Assembly (NCBI GenBank): GCA_963777155.1
Contig: CAVZPM010000032.1
Location: 14,649-78,648 of the forward strand
Direction of reading: 5' to 3'
Origin: Candidatus Bathyarchaeota archaeon
GTDB taxonomy: Archaea; Thermoproteota; Bathyarchaeia; Bathyarchaeales; Bathycorpusculaceae
DNA: 64,000 nt
Shown: positions 11,210 to 20,964 of the stretch, in pieces
Layout of the letters: each line of letters begins with the position of its first letter
Numbering within the stretch: the first letter of the stretch is position 1
Translations under genes and position numbers: made by a program
Notes under the pieces: model-generated
What the model was told of the DNA's origin: nothing
Database searches by the model: none
What the model saw: the letters and a program-made list of their open reading frames with translations, nothing else

Positions 11210-11302
11210 GTGCCTATGATGACAATTGCACGAAAAGAGTTAGAGTTTCAGTTAACTCTGTCACTCTAAAAATGACTGGACATAAAATAGGTTCTGAGGC
11301 AC
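11210..11302 (+). ncRNA. Box C/D-type guide sRNA (unit 2)
   Basis: Terminal stem gtgcc/ggcac; box C ATGATGA 11216-11222; degenerate D' AAGA; hairpin tagagt/actcta; C'-like ATGACTG; D CTGA 11294-11297. Confidence 0.75.
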
Positions 11303-11367
11303 AAATCTGCAGTCCAAATAGGTAACGTTAATTACAATCACCCAAGCCTATAGCTATCCTGATAATT

Positions 11368-11685
11368 ATGCCCAAGACTTCTGGATTCTGGTTCATACGA
11401 GACGGCGCCAAACTCATCCAGTGCAACAAAAACGCTTTTGACAAAGCCATAATTGAAGGAAAAAGCGTAAAGTACAGCGGTTATGCCAATAAAAAATGTG
11501 AACGCATTGCAGAAAAGCTGGAAGAATCCCGAATGGCATTTCTAGCAGATCCCAGCTTACCCTCAAAATTCCGTGCGGTCCTAAAAGATCCTCGGAATGT
11601 TTGTGAAATCCAGATAATACAGGTAGATGACCCTGAATTTTGGGTAAAAGAATCCAAACGCCCCAAGTATCAACAATTAATTTAG
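11368..11685 (+). CDS. Hypothetical protein
   Basis: 105-aa ATG ORF with protein-like composition; no family recognised. Confidence 0.6.
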   Translation: MPKTSGFWFIRDGAKLIQCNKNAFDKAIIEGKSVKYSGYANKKCERIAEKLEESRMAFLADPSLPSKFRAVLKDPRNVCEIQIIQVDDPEFWVKESKRPKYQQLI

Positions 11686-11882
11686 ACAGGAGATCTTCCG
11701 ACTCTTCTGAGCAGCAGGTTAGCTACTCCAGCCACAACCAAATCAGCCAAAACCCAAACAATATACGATATCCAGCCTAAGAGAGCCATTACTGTAAAAA
11801 GTAACAGGAGCGCTATCGCGATAGCGCCGATTGCTCTTTTTTGGTTGCGTATTTTTTCAGGGTTAAATGATACCTTTAGCAG
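11682..11882 (-). CDS. Small two-TM membrane protein
   Basis: Open frame LLKVSFNPEKIRNQKRAIGAIAIALLLLFTVMALLGWISYIVWVLADLVVAGVANLLLRRVGRSPV; start codon uncertain. Confidence 0.5.
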   Translation of the reverse strand: MLKVSFNPEKIRNQKRAIGAIAIALLLLFTVMALLGWISYIVWVLADLVVAGVANLLLRRVGRSPV

Positions 11883-12011
11883 GCATTTTGGTCACTCGTA
11901 TCTCAAATATCAACGGTCTCTAAAATATCTTCTAACCCATTTCGAGCAGGGGCAAAAACTGATTTTTCCCACACAAACTAAATAAATCATTTTTCCCTTT
12001 TCCCATTTACC

Positions 12012-12542
12012 TTGAACATTAAAGATGTAATCTTCCCCGATTCAGTGGGGTTCAAATGCAAGAACTGTGGAGTTTGCTGCCGAATGCAGCCACCTGACGT
12101 AAGCAAGACAGAGCAAAAACAGTTAGAAGCAAAAGGCTTCAAGAATTTCTTGGAGCCTCCTGATGAATCAGGGATCCGCTGGATCCGCAGAAAAAATGAC
12201 GACAGCTGTTTTTTTCTAGGGAAAAACAATAAATGCGTAGCCTATGAGGTAAGACCAGCAATTTGCAGGCTGGAACCCTTCACCATAGTGGATTATGATT
12301 ACGAGAGTAACAGTATTGAGTTGGAACTGAATTTTCCTTTTTCCTCCTGCTGCCCTGGAATCTGCGAAAAAGGAACTTTGCCTATTGAAGAAATTACGGA
12401 AGCCGCAAAAATTCTAGTGCAGAAAATTATGGCGCTAACCGCTAAAGACCTTGATCTTCCATTAACCGATAAGAGGGTTCATGTTGAAACTCGATCCAGG
12501 TTGCTGCGTCGAAGTGTTGAAGCAGCTGACCTCCAAGTATAG
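12012..12542 (+). CDS. YkgJ family cysteine-cluster protein
   Basis: FKCKNCGVCC, CFFL, C.AYEVRPAICRLEPF motifs. Confidence 0.85.
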   Translation: MNIKDVIFPDSVGFKCKNCGVCCRMQPPDVSKTEQKQLEAKGFKNFLEPPDESGIRWIRRKNDDSCFFLGKNNKCVAYEVRPAICRLEPFTIVDYDYESNSIELELNFPFSSCCPGICEKGTLPIEEITEAAKILVQKIMALTAKDLDLPLTDKRVHVETRSRLLRRSVEAADLQV

Positions 12543-12751
12543 AATAGACTGGGCTAATGCTAGTTTAAATACAAATTTCCATCCGGTCACCCTGCTTTCC
12601 CCAAAAAACTATGGAGACTAACTTGTCAACCTTTACGATGTTTTATAGAGAAAATTAAAAACCAGCAATTTCTAGAGCTGAGTTTTAACTTAACAGGTAG
12701 AACAATCTTTTATTGCCTCGCTCCTAAAGTGGCGCAAAGGAGATAGCTAAT

Positions 12752-13403
12752 TTGGGTAATCGGTTTATCGATAGGTGGAAAGAAAAAGAGGAAACTCCCT
12801 CAGTTGTATCGAAGATTAAAAACATTGCCAAGCCGCAGGAAAACCTAAAAGAACAAATCGGCGTGGTTACGCAACGGCTTGATGCCCAAACTAGAACGTT
12901 GGATGCTGCTGTCAATCGTTTTGAGATGCGGGACAAAGAAATATTTCAACGTGTCGTGAAAGCCATGACAGAAAGGGATACGGCGCGGGCAAACATATCT
13001 AGCCACGGAACTCGGCGAAATACGTAAAGTCGAAAAAATGCTCTCACATGCTTCCCTTGCCCTGCAGAGCGTTTCAATGCGGCTTAGCACAGTATCAGAA
13101 ATGGGCGACCTAGTCACCATATTAAGTCCAGCCAAGGGAATGCTAAACGGCATCCGCTCAGAAATGTGCAGTATCCTTCCAGAAGCAAGCATGGAACTTG
13201 GAAACATAGGAAACCTTCTCTCGGACATATGCATATCCACCAATCAAGGCGACGATACCCCTGTAAATACAATAATGGCAAACGCAGATGCATTACAGAT
13301 CTTGGAGGAAGCAGAAGTAGCTGCAGAGAACAAACTAAGAGAGAGAATCCCTGAAGTAGCCACGGAAGTTGCCATCAATAAACGAACCAGTTTAGAAGCT
13401 TAG
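12752..13403 (+). CDS. ESCRT-III/Snf7 (CdvB-like) protein (frameshift near 12998)
   Basis: RDKEIFQRVVKAM, joined reading ANI-LATELGEIRKV, LALQSVSMRLSTV, PEASMEL and ILEEAE motifs typical of archaeal CdvB paralogs. Confidence 0.8.
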
Positions 13404-13483
13404 AGAATTGAGGGTTTATTTCGGCGTTGAAACCACATCAACCTTCTAAACTTTTTGTTCTTATTTTTGTCCTATTGTCTTTA

Positions 13484-14053
13484 TTATGCAGTATAGCAGG
13501 TTTTCTTTTCAAAAGGTGTGTGTTTTTTCGAAGTAAATATTAAGTCATGTAAGGATATCAAATTTGAATCTTTTTCAAGCCGCTTTTTCATGTACGTGGA
13601 AAAATAGATATCAGTTAATTCCTGTACCTTCTTCTCATCGCTAATATATTTTAGATGTAGCAATTCATGTATTAACGCCGCTCTAGCCCTATTCCCCACG
13701 AATGTAAATAAGTAGTTTTTTCCATACTTTTTCCTGAATGCAGAACAGTAGTTGAAAGTTTTTGGATAGATGCGAATCCTGCCCCTAAAAGTGTCACATT
13801 TACCAACGATATTGAAACCGTTTTTTCTGGGAGCAGGAAAGATTTTGATGTCCACAGTATTAACGTTCTTTTCTTCAATGTTTTCTGAAATGAGCATGTG
13901 GCATAGAAATTCTTGAAAGGATGATTTTCTTAATACTTTCAAAATAAAAAGAGAATAATTTTTGTAAAAACCAAAATGCTTAGAGAAGGCAGTGTGATCG
14001 TTTTGCGGAGCTATCTTTATTTTGCTAGAGAGCAAATGATTTTGTTGCAACAT
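13484..14053 (-). CDS. Hypothetical protein with HExxH motif (zincin-like)
   Basis: GKC...IRIYP...ALIHELLH...DEKKV. Confidence 0.5.
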   Translation of the reverse strand: MLQQNHLLSSKIKIAPQNDHTAFSKHFGFYKNYSLFILKVLRKSSFQEFLCHMLISENIEEKNVNTVDIKIFPAPRKNGFNIVGKCDTFRGRIRIYPKTFNYCSAFRKKYGKNYLFTFVGNRARAALIHELLHLKYISDEKKVQELTDIYFSTYMKKRLEKDSNLISLHDLIFTSKKHTPFEKKTCYTA

Positions 14054-14066
14054 ACTTATCGAAGCG

Positions 14067-14273
14067 TTACAATGATTCTTTGTTAACGAGAAAAACACTA
14101 TTCTTGTTTGCCTTTGAAGGAGAACGCGTAAATCCATATGAATTAGGATAACTTTCTAAACGGTGACTTGCAGAACATCGAATTCCTATAATCTGTCCAT
14201 TTTGCGAAATCCAAACAATACGTCCCATTCGAGTGCATTGCGGGCATTGGGCTAAGTTGCCTAGGCTCACCAT
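14067..14273 (-). CDS. Small putative Zn-binding protein
   Basis: CPQC...CSASH; GAGGTGA ribosome-binding site upstream. Confidence 0.55.
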   Translation of the reverse strand: MVSLGNLAQCPQCTRMGRIVWISQNGQIIGIRCSASHRLESYPNSYGFTRSPSKANKNSVFLVNKESL

Positions 14274-14519
14274 GTAGTTGCGTCACCTCTCCCGTTGTTA
14301 TTCATGTAATTATTATGGTTAGTTAACTTAGGTTCAACACAATTTTTCAATTTGACTTTTAATATCAACATTTTGTTTCGCTTCTATTTTTTGAAAAGTA
14401 TCCGATCACTAAACCCAAACCCACGTACAAAAGAGACTCTTCGATAGTATTATAAGGAAACTATACTTATAAACAAATGTCTATTCCAGGAATTTCTTCA
14501 CAAACATGGTTTAAGATTT

Positions 14520-14849
14520 TTACCACCAATGTTTTTTCGGTTCAATAAAAAGAATTTCAAGATTTTGAGTTAATTCGCAAACCTGATTTAGACCGTATCC
14601 TTCGACTTTAACTTCATAAACACCCTCTGGAAACTCGACTGTTACGGCACCATTATTAGAGGTAGTCATTGAGATCATCAACGTTTTAAATGGAGTTCCA
14701 TTTCTGAGATTTTCAGTCCATTGTTTGGGTGTTATTGGTCCTTTTTCTACTCTAAAAACCTTAACGTTAACATCCTGGATTGGTTTATTTCTTTGAGAGT
14801 CAACCACTTTAACAGTAAGTCTGTAAATCTTTTCCAAAACCGAAGCCAA
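14520..14849 (-). CDS. Carboxypeptidase-regulatory-like (transthyretin-like fold) protein
   Basis: LTVKVVDS..KPIQDVNVKV and TSNNG...PEGVYEVKV patterns. Confidence 0.55.
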   Translation of the reverse strand: MASVLEKIYRLTVKVVDSQRNKPIQDVNVKVFRVEKGPITPKQWTENLRNGTPFKTLMISMTTSNNGAVTVEFPEGVYEVKVEGYGLNQVCELTQNLEILFIEPKKHWW

Positions 14850-15179
14850 CTCTAAAATCCTCAGTATTCTCTATCTTTTTTCCAGATATTAAACGAGCAT
14901 TGCCCCCAACAGTAACTGCTTGCTTTATACATACAGCCTCCACAATTAGGAGAATCAAAATATCTACGATAAACCACAAAATCCTCTCAATAAATAATAC
15001 CGCAGACACGCATTTCTGTATTGCTATATCCGAGCATCACTTTGCCATTTTTTCTCTTTAGCTATCACTCGGGTATACATTGAATGAAGCCACCAAAAAA
15101 AGAACCTACAATCGTAAGCACTATGGCAACAGACGTGAAGGCTTCCAAGACGTTCACATTGAATTTGTTTCTTGAAAAT

Positions 15180-15488
15180 TTATGGATTTTGATACTTATT
15201 TATCGATTGAAAATGTTTAACTCGCGCATCAGGGTTTTGATACTGCACTTTAGGACCTTCTTTCCAAAGCGAATCGTAGACGCTCAGAAACTCATTACTT
15301 GAAAGTCGCTTTTGTTTTTGGATTTTGTTTGCAGCTTTGGCAATTATCTTGTCGTCAATACTTTTTTTATCTTTCAAAAAATCTATTACAGTGTCTCTGA
15401 ACATAAAAACAACCTCATCTTCCGAAAAATCGATGTTTTCTCGATAGACACTTGGGTGTTGGAACAGGTATGCCAAAACTCTTTTCAA
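15180..15488 (-). CDS. Hypothetical protein (probably extends upstream across an indel)
   Basis: ORF track; no family recognised. Confidence 0.35.
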   Translation of the reverse strand: MKRVLAYLFQHPSVYRENIDFSEDEVVFMFRDTVIDFLKDKKSIDDKIIAKAANKIQKQKRLSSNEFLSVYDSLWKEGPKVQYQNPDARVKHFQSINKYQNP

Positions 15489-15818
15489 GTGCTATTTTGC
15501 ATTTTTCTGCGAGGACTTCTTGGTTCTGAGTTTTGGATTCTTCAGCAATCATTCAAATCATCTTTGATTAACGAGAAGAGGTTTTGAAATAAAAGCCGTA
15601 TTTCATATCTTAGCACGTTGTCTAACAAGAATTATTCAATGTTTCAACATATATCGAAAAATAAATACAGTCTCTCATTGGATTAGGAAAAGCGTTACTT
15701 CTAATTTTGAGATGTTGGCTGCTTAGAGAAGATTATTAACATTATATAGACAAAGAAAATTGAAGAAACCCAGTTTTGTTTTCTTGATTGTAAAAAATGT
15801 TTGAAGGATAGCGTCTGA

Positions 15819-17240
15819 CTATATCGATTGAGGCGTCGGAATCGTCATCACGAATTTTACTCCTTCGCCAGGTTTGCCTTCTTCAGTTATTGTCCAACCG
15901 TAAACTTCCAGCATCTTCTTGGACAAAAATAATCCGAAACCTGTGCTACCTCCAGTACTAAATCCTTGTTTGAAGATTTGTTGTTTGTTTTCTAAGGGTA
16001 TACCTACACCATCATCTTCGTAGATCAGCTGCAGACCACTTTGAGCTGTTTTTTGGTAGCTTACCCTAACAGTTGTGGTTTTTTGGCCATATTTTCTTGT
16101 GTTGTCAATAAAGTTGTAGATGAGTTGTCTTAGCAAAGAATCGGCTCGAACATTCAAACCATGGCATTCATTAACCACTTTAAAAGGCAAACCAGAAAAC
16201 ATCTCAACAGCGTCATTAACAGTCTTCTCAACGTCAACATTAACTAGATTCTCAACGCCTAACTGCTCGTAAACTTTGGCGAAATCAAATATCTTCACAG
16301 AATCCTTAACAGACGTTTCCATTTTACCTAAACTATCAACAATATCAGGTCTATCAGCGTACCTCTTTTTCAAAATATATGAATAATTAGTGATTATTGA
16401 TAGTTTATTTCGAACATCGTGCCTAGTTAAACTACCGACAACATGTAGTTTCTCATTAAGCAGTTGCGATTTAGATAGTGCTTGACTTAATTCTTCTTGT
16501 GCTGTAATTATTTCCCCGATATCCTTGAAAACAAACATAGAACCGATTACTTCATCACCTAAACTCACTTGACTACCAGTCAACAATAGTGGAATTTCAA
16601 CTCCGTCCTTCCTTTTCCGTGTAGTAACAATTTCTACCAAACCAGATTTGATTCGCTCACGGATAGTTTTCGTTTCTTCTTGTGCATCATCAGGAACAAT
16701 GAGCTCTATGATGTCTTTTCCTATGATTTCATCAAGCGAATACCCAAATAATTTGCTAAATCGATGGTTAGCTTCAATTACACGAAAATTTGCATCATAA
16801 AAAACCGCTGCCTCCGGATTCGCATCAAACAATGCACTAAATTTCTTTTGACTCTCCATCAAAGCAACTTCAGTTAGTCTGCGCTGAGTTATGTTCTCAA
16901 AGACAGCTGCAAAATAACCTTTTTTTGGACTATACGCAAGTATAGAAAGCCACATCTTTAGAGGCCAAAGAAAAACTTCGAATCTTTCTGCTCCACCTGT
17001 CTTAGAAACTTTGCCATAGATGTCAAATAATTCGGGGTTAGTTTCTTTGATACCTGGAATTGCCTCGGTAACATTTCGACCAACCACGGTCTGTCTTTTT
17101 AGCCCTGTTAACTTCTCAAAAGCATCGTTAACTTCTAGATAGACAAAATCAACAGGTTTACCAGCTTCATCAAATATGCATTTTGCAATACGCAAAACCA
17201 TCCAGCATGTTATCAAACAAAGAACGGTATTTCTCTTCAC
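15819..17240 (-). CDS. PAS-domain sensor histidine kinase (N-terminal indel likely)
   Basis: Two PAS domains; H-box RHDVRNKL; N-box NFIDN; G1 DDGVG; G2 GTGFGL. Confidence 0.9.
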   Translation of the reverse strand: MKRNTVLCLITCWMVLRIAKCIFDEAGKPVDFVYLEVNDAFEKLTGLKRQTVVGRNVTEAIPGIKETNPELFDIYGKVSKTGGAERFEVFLWPLKMWLSILAYSPKKGYFAAVFENITQRRLTEVALMESQKKFSALFDANPEAAVFYDANFRVIEANHRFSKLFGYSLDEIIGKDIIELIVPDDAQEETKTIRERIKSGLVEIVTTRKRKDGVEIPLLLTGSQVSLGDEVIGSMFVFKDIGEIITAQEELSQALSKSQLLNEKLHVVGSLTRHDVRNKLSIITNYSYILKKRYADRPDIVDSLGKMETSVKDSVKIFDFAKVYEQLGVENLVNVDVEKTVNDAVEMFSGLPFKVVNECHGLNVRADSLLRQLIYNFIDNTRKYGQKTTTVRVSYQKTAQSGLQLIYEDDGVGIPLENKQQIFKQGFSTGGSTGFGLFLSKKMLEVYGWTITEEGKPGEGVKFVMTIPTPQSI

Positions 17241-17636
17241 TCTCTCCTAACTCCGCAGTTATGTTCTTGACTGAGGCGAAAGAGGGAGTATTTGAATCAG
17301 GCACAGTCAATCCTCATTAAATAATATTATGGGCTATAAGGGCGAGTATTAAAAGATATTGAATCCACAATTCAGATAATACATTTTTTTTAAAAAAAGT
17401 GTTAAAATTCAATATTTAAGAATTACATTCTATCATGGATAGCCATGGTTTGTGAATGCCAATAGGGTTGAAATTAGTCTTCATGATCGTTAAAATTTCA
17501 TAGTGGAACATTTGAGAATAATCAGTCTTAAGAGCACAATCTCTTTTTATTAGGATTATTATTCAAAATTCAACGAAGGGCTTAGGTTTTGGTTATGGCA
17601 AACTTTACATTGAAGTTTCTTTTTAATCTCAGGTAG

Positions 17637-17873
17637 GTGAAACCTATGGTAGTTCCTTTTTACATGCTAATTAGAACCCGAGTTGGTAAATCAAGAGACG
17701 TTGTTCATGCCTCACTTAAGATTGAAGGAGTAAAAATATCCCATTCCGTTATGGGCAACTATGACGTAATACTCTACGCAGAAGGAAAAGACCTCGAAGA
17801 CGTAAGACGCATCCGAGACGCCGTATTCGACATTCCAAACATAACAATTACAGAAACAGTAGTCCATGCCTAA
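17637..17873 (+). CDS. Stand-alone Lrp/AsnC ligand-binding (RAM) domain protein
   Basis: VMGNYDVI motif and C-terminal TET. Confidence 0.75.
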   Translation: MKPMVVPFYMLIRTRVGKSRDVVHASLKIEGVKISHSVMGNYDVILYAEGKDLEDVRRIRDAVFDIPNITITETVVHA

Positions 17874-18015
17874 TTTTGGAGCTAATTTTAGTCAATCTAA
17901 GAAACCCTTTTTTCCATCAATCTTTCTTAAGAATGATACGTTGTTTATTCACTCTATGGAGTGCCCACCAGAAGCTGGTAAATGAGGGGTTCTTTGTTTG
18001 CAAAGAGGTTATCTG

Positions 18016-18531
18016 TTAGTAGAGTGAAGCTACGATTGCAGTCTCCGCTCCTTGAATTTCAGGGACCTCTTTTTGTATTTGACAAATAAGTCGTTGTAGG
18101 TCTTTGTTATCGTTTGCTTTTACCGCGGATATTACGTCGTAGGGTCCAAAGACAGTATCAGCTGACAAAACCTTTGGAATATTTTGGAGCTTTTCCTGAA
18201 CCAGTTCAAGATTGGCTGCTTGTGTATGTAAGAATAGGAAAGCATACGGTTCCTGAGTGAAAGATTTACCTTCTGAGATAACGATGAAAGTCTCCGTTTT
18301 GTCAATCATTGCCTCTTGAGTAGTTGTCTTTCTTATAGGATTAAACCATTTTGTGATGAATTCGTCAAGATTTTTTAGTCTGCATAGTTGGATGAGAACT
18401 TCCGCAGGACCAAGAAGCAAGTGTATATCTTTCTTGGACAAGCCCATTTTGATCAACTCATCCAAAACTTTCGTTTTAGCGCCCACCTTGCAAGATACTG
18501 TATTGCAAGATAACAACATATACGCTTTCAT
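18016..18531 (-). CDS. Tandem Lrp/AsnC ligand-binding domain protein
   Basis: LLGPAEVL..TETFIV and VFGPYDVI..AETAIV repeats; no HTH. Confidence 0.7.
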   Translation of the reverse strand: MKAYMLLSCNTVSCKVGAKTKVLDELIKMGLSKKDIHLLLGPAEVLIQLCRLKNLDEFITKWFNPIRKTTTQEAMIDKTETFIVISEGKSFTQEPYAFLFLHTQAANLELVQEKLQNIPKVLSADTVFGPYDVISAVKANDNKDLQRLICQIQKEVPEIQGAETAIVASLY

Positions 18532-18877
18532 AAAAGGTACCTATAATATATTGATTGTATCCAACTCATAAATTTACCTAGTTCTGTGTCTTAAGAGGCT
18601 ATTTAGTTCCATAGTTGACTGATTCTTAGAACTAATTACAACTGCTTATTCATCCTCTAACCAGTTGAGCAAAAACGCAGCTCTTGGTTACGAGTTCAGA
18701 AGTTCTGCTTTGTAGGTGTCGTTCGCTTTTTTACAAGATAATGTATGTTTAATAACAAATGTTCCTCAGAATAATTGCAATAAATATATGTTAAAAAATA
18801 AGATAATTGTCGATCTTATCCGAGCTTGAAAAGGCAGGCACTTTATTTTACGCCCATATAAATATCGATAATCAACA

Positions 18878-19195
18878 ATGTTTTTATATTGTATATCAAT
18901 ACAGCATATAATTGCTAAACTAAGACCTTCGGGGGTCAAAAAAGCGGAAGAGCAACCAAAAGAATTTGACGTTTCCGAGTTAATAACAAATTTGAAAGAT
19001 ATTAAAAAAGAAGAACAAGACCTTCTCAGTAAAAGGAACGAATTGCAGTCAATTGAGTTAAAACTTCGGAATCAGGCAATAATAGAATTTGGGGAAAAGA
19101 AAAACACAATCGAAAGGTTAAAAGTACAGATCGCGTTCTTGCAGAAGAAATGTAATGAGTTAGAACAAGCTCTTGGCATCGGACTTCCGCTTTAG
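18878..19195 (+). CDS. Coiled-coil hypothetical protein
   Basis: E/K/L/Q-rich heptad pattern. Confidence 0.45.
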   Translation: MFLYCISIQHIIAKLRPSGVKKAEEQPKEFDVSELITNLKDIKKEEQDLLSKRNELQSIELKLRNQAIIEFGEKKNTIERLKVQIAFLQKKCNELEQALGIGLPL

Positions 19196-19685
19196 AATTG
19201 GAAACGGCAAGATAATGAAAAAAAACAAAAACATATTTTTACACATAATAGAAGAGGATTACAAGAAAAAAAGATATGAACAAAAGCAATGCTTTGAAGT
19301 CTCAGGAAAAGCCTTCTTATTATCAGAACCTCAGAACGAAAATGGTTCCTTAGCTAAACAATTAGAAAAACTCCACGAATCCTTGATTGTGAATGACCAG
19401 CAAATATTGGATGAACCAAATCAAGAAAGGCAACAAAACTCTAACAAGTTAACTAATTCGTTCGATGATTCAGAACTGAATAAATTTTCTCAAAAAATAG
19501 AAACAGAAGAACAAGAACCTATAGACCACACACAAAATAAGCAATCCAAAGAGCAAGATCTTCGAGAAAGATTGTTTAAAGAAATAAGCGAAAAGAAAAA
19601 GGTAATTGAAGCGCTACAAATAGAAATCTTGACTCTCCAGAATATCTGTAAAGAATTATCCCAAGAACTTTTGAGTAATTACTAG
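19173..19685 (+). CDS. Coiled-coil hypothetical protein
   Basis: C-terminal EISEKKKVIEALQIEILTLQNICKELSQ resembles EFGEKKNTIERLKVQIAFLQKKCNELEQ of the upstream ORF. Confidence 0.45.
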   Translation: MASDFRFRIGNGKIMKKNKNIFLHIIEEDYKKKRYEQKQCFEVSGKAFLLSEPQNENGSLAKQLEKLHESLIVNDQQILDEPNQERQQNSNKLTNSFDDSELNKFSQKIETEEQEPIDHTQNKQSKEQDLRERLFKEISEKKKVIEALQIEILTLQNICKELSQELLSNY

Positions 19686-19882
19686 ACGGCAAATAAAAAC
19701 TGCGTTAATTCATTTGCTAAAAGCAAATTTTTGAGTCATAAGTAGATTACTCATTTCTTTACAGGCCTTCTTTTCCAAAGAAAGAGGAAGCGTAGTCACC
19801 CTGAAAATGGGTGTAAAGCCGTAATTCATCAAAAGCAACTGAAGATTTACAAAAGGTTAAATCTAAAAAAAATAATCTTATT

Positions 19883-20197
19883 TTGGTGTACAAGATGGTT
19901 GTCGCAAGAATAGCAAAGTTCTTCTTTAAATCTGGAAAACGTGAAGAAGGCTTTGCCGAGTTAGACCTAATACTAAACAAGCTTGTGCGAAGTGCAAAAG
20001 GGTACCGAGGTTATGTTTCGATGTTTTCATGCGATGATGATGACGTTGCAATAATCATGACTATGTGGGAGGACAATGAGTCCTTTCTAGAATCTCAAGA
20101 GCTATTTTCATCCACAATGGACAAAGTTTTACCCTTCTTTGAAAAGAAACCTGAAGTAGAACATCACAGAATTGACACCGTCAATTTCAGCCCTTAG
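19883..20197 (+). CDS. ABM (antibiotic biosynthesis monooxygenase-like) domain protein
   Basis: KSGKREE, AKGYRG and MTMWED dimeric alpha/beta-barrel pattern. Confidence 0.7.
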   Translation: MVYKMVVARIAKFFFKSGKREEGFAELDLILNKLVRSAKGYRGYVSMFSCDDDDVAIIMTMWEDNESFLESQELFSSTMDKVLPFFEKKPEVEHHRIDTVNFSP

Positions 20198-20303
20198 CCA
20201 GAGATAAAAGACTTTTTTTAGTCAACATATCTTTTGCTGTGATAATACCTTAAAAGCTATCTTAGAGTAGTAAATGATTAATTGATATGGGAATGAGTAT
20301 AGC

Positions 20304-20897
20304 ATGGAACTATCCTATAAGGTAGGATTCGGATTTTCTGAAAGAAGACATTTGCCTGTAGTTAAAGTTGGTCGAGTTTCATTTCCAATATGGAAATATC
20401 CTTATGCTAAACGAGTTAGCAAAATGCTATCAACTTTAAGCTTAGACGATTATGCAAGAGATCTTCTATATCTTGAGTTGGAGCAATTTGAAAAATATTA
20501 TTTGCCACCCTTCTCACTGCAAGACAAAACAGTCTTAGATTTAGGAGCTTGTTGTGGTGAGACAGCTTATTTTTTCCTTCAAAAAGGCGCTAAAAAAGTA
20601 GTTTGCATAGAGCCTGATTCTAACAGAGCGAGATTGATAGATGAGAATAAAAGAAAACTAAACCTTAACATAGATATTATAAACGATTTTTTTAATCCAA
20701 ACCAACTCTTGATAGAGCACGATTTTATTAAGTGTGATATAGAAGGACAAGAAATAACTTTGATCCCTTACGCTAAAGAGCTAAAGCCTTGCATTCTTGA
20801 AGCCCACGGACCTTCTATTGAAAAGCAATTTAGAGAAACCAATTTCCACACAATTTTTCGCCAAAAGAATGGTTTCTCTTTAATGACTAATTATTAA
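20304..20897 (+). CDS. FkbM-like SAM-dependent methyltransferase
   Basis: VLDLGACCGET, VVCIEPD and FIKCDIEGQE motifs. Confidence 0.75.
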   Translation: MELSYKVGFGFSERRHLPVVKVGRVSFPIWKYPYAKRVSKMLSTLSLDDYARDLLYLELEQFEKYYLPPFSLQDKTVLDLGACCGETAYFFLQKGAKKVVCIEPDSNRARLIDENKRKLNLNIDIINDFFNPNQLLIEHDFIKCDIEGQEITLIPYAKELKPCILEAHGPSIEKQFRETNFHTIFRQKNGFSLMTNY

Positions 20898-20964
20898 CTT
20901 CGTTTTCTAAATCTCGTATTATTTTAATCTGCAACCATTTGCGAGTTATTGCATGACAGAGACC

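Noticed and set aside
11068-11302. CRISPR array
   Set aside because: Only two units, short shared edges, C/D box architecture and no cas genes
17950-17992. Fluoride-riboswitch-like ATGGAGT motif
   Set aside because: Lacks the P1 stem and pseudoknot partner, and lies between convergent gene ends
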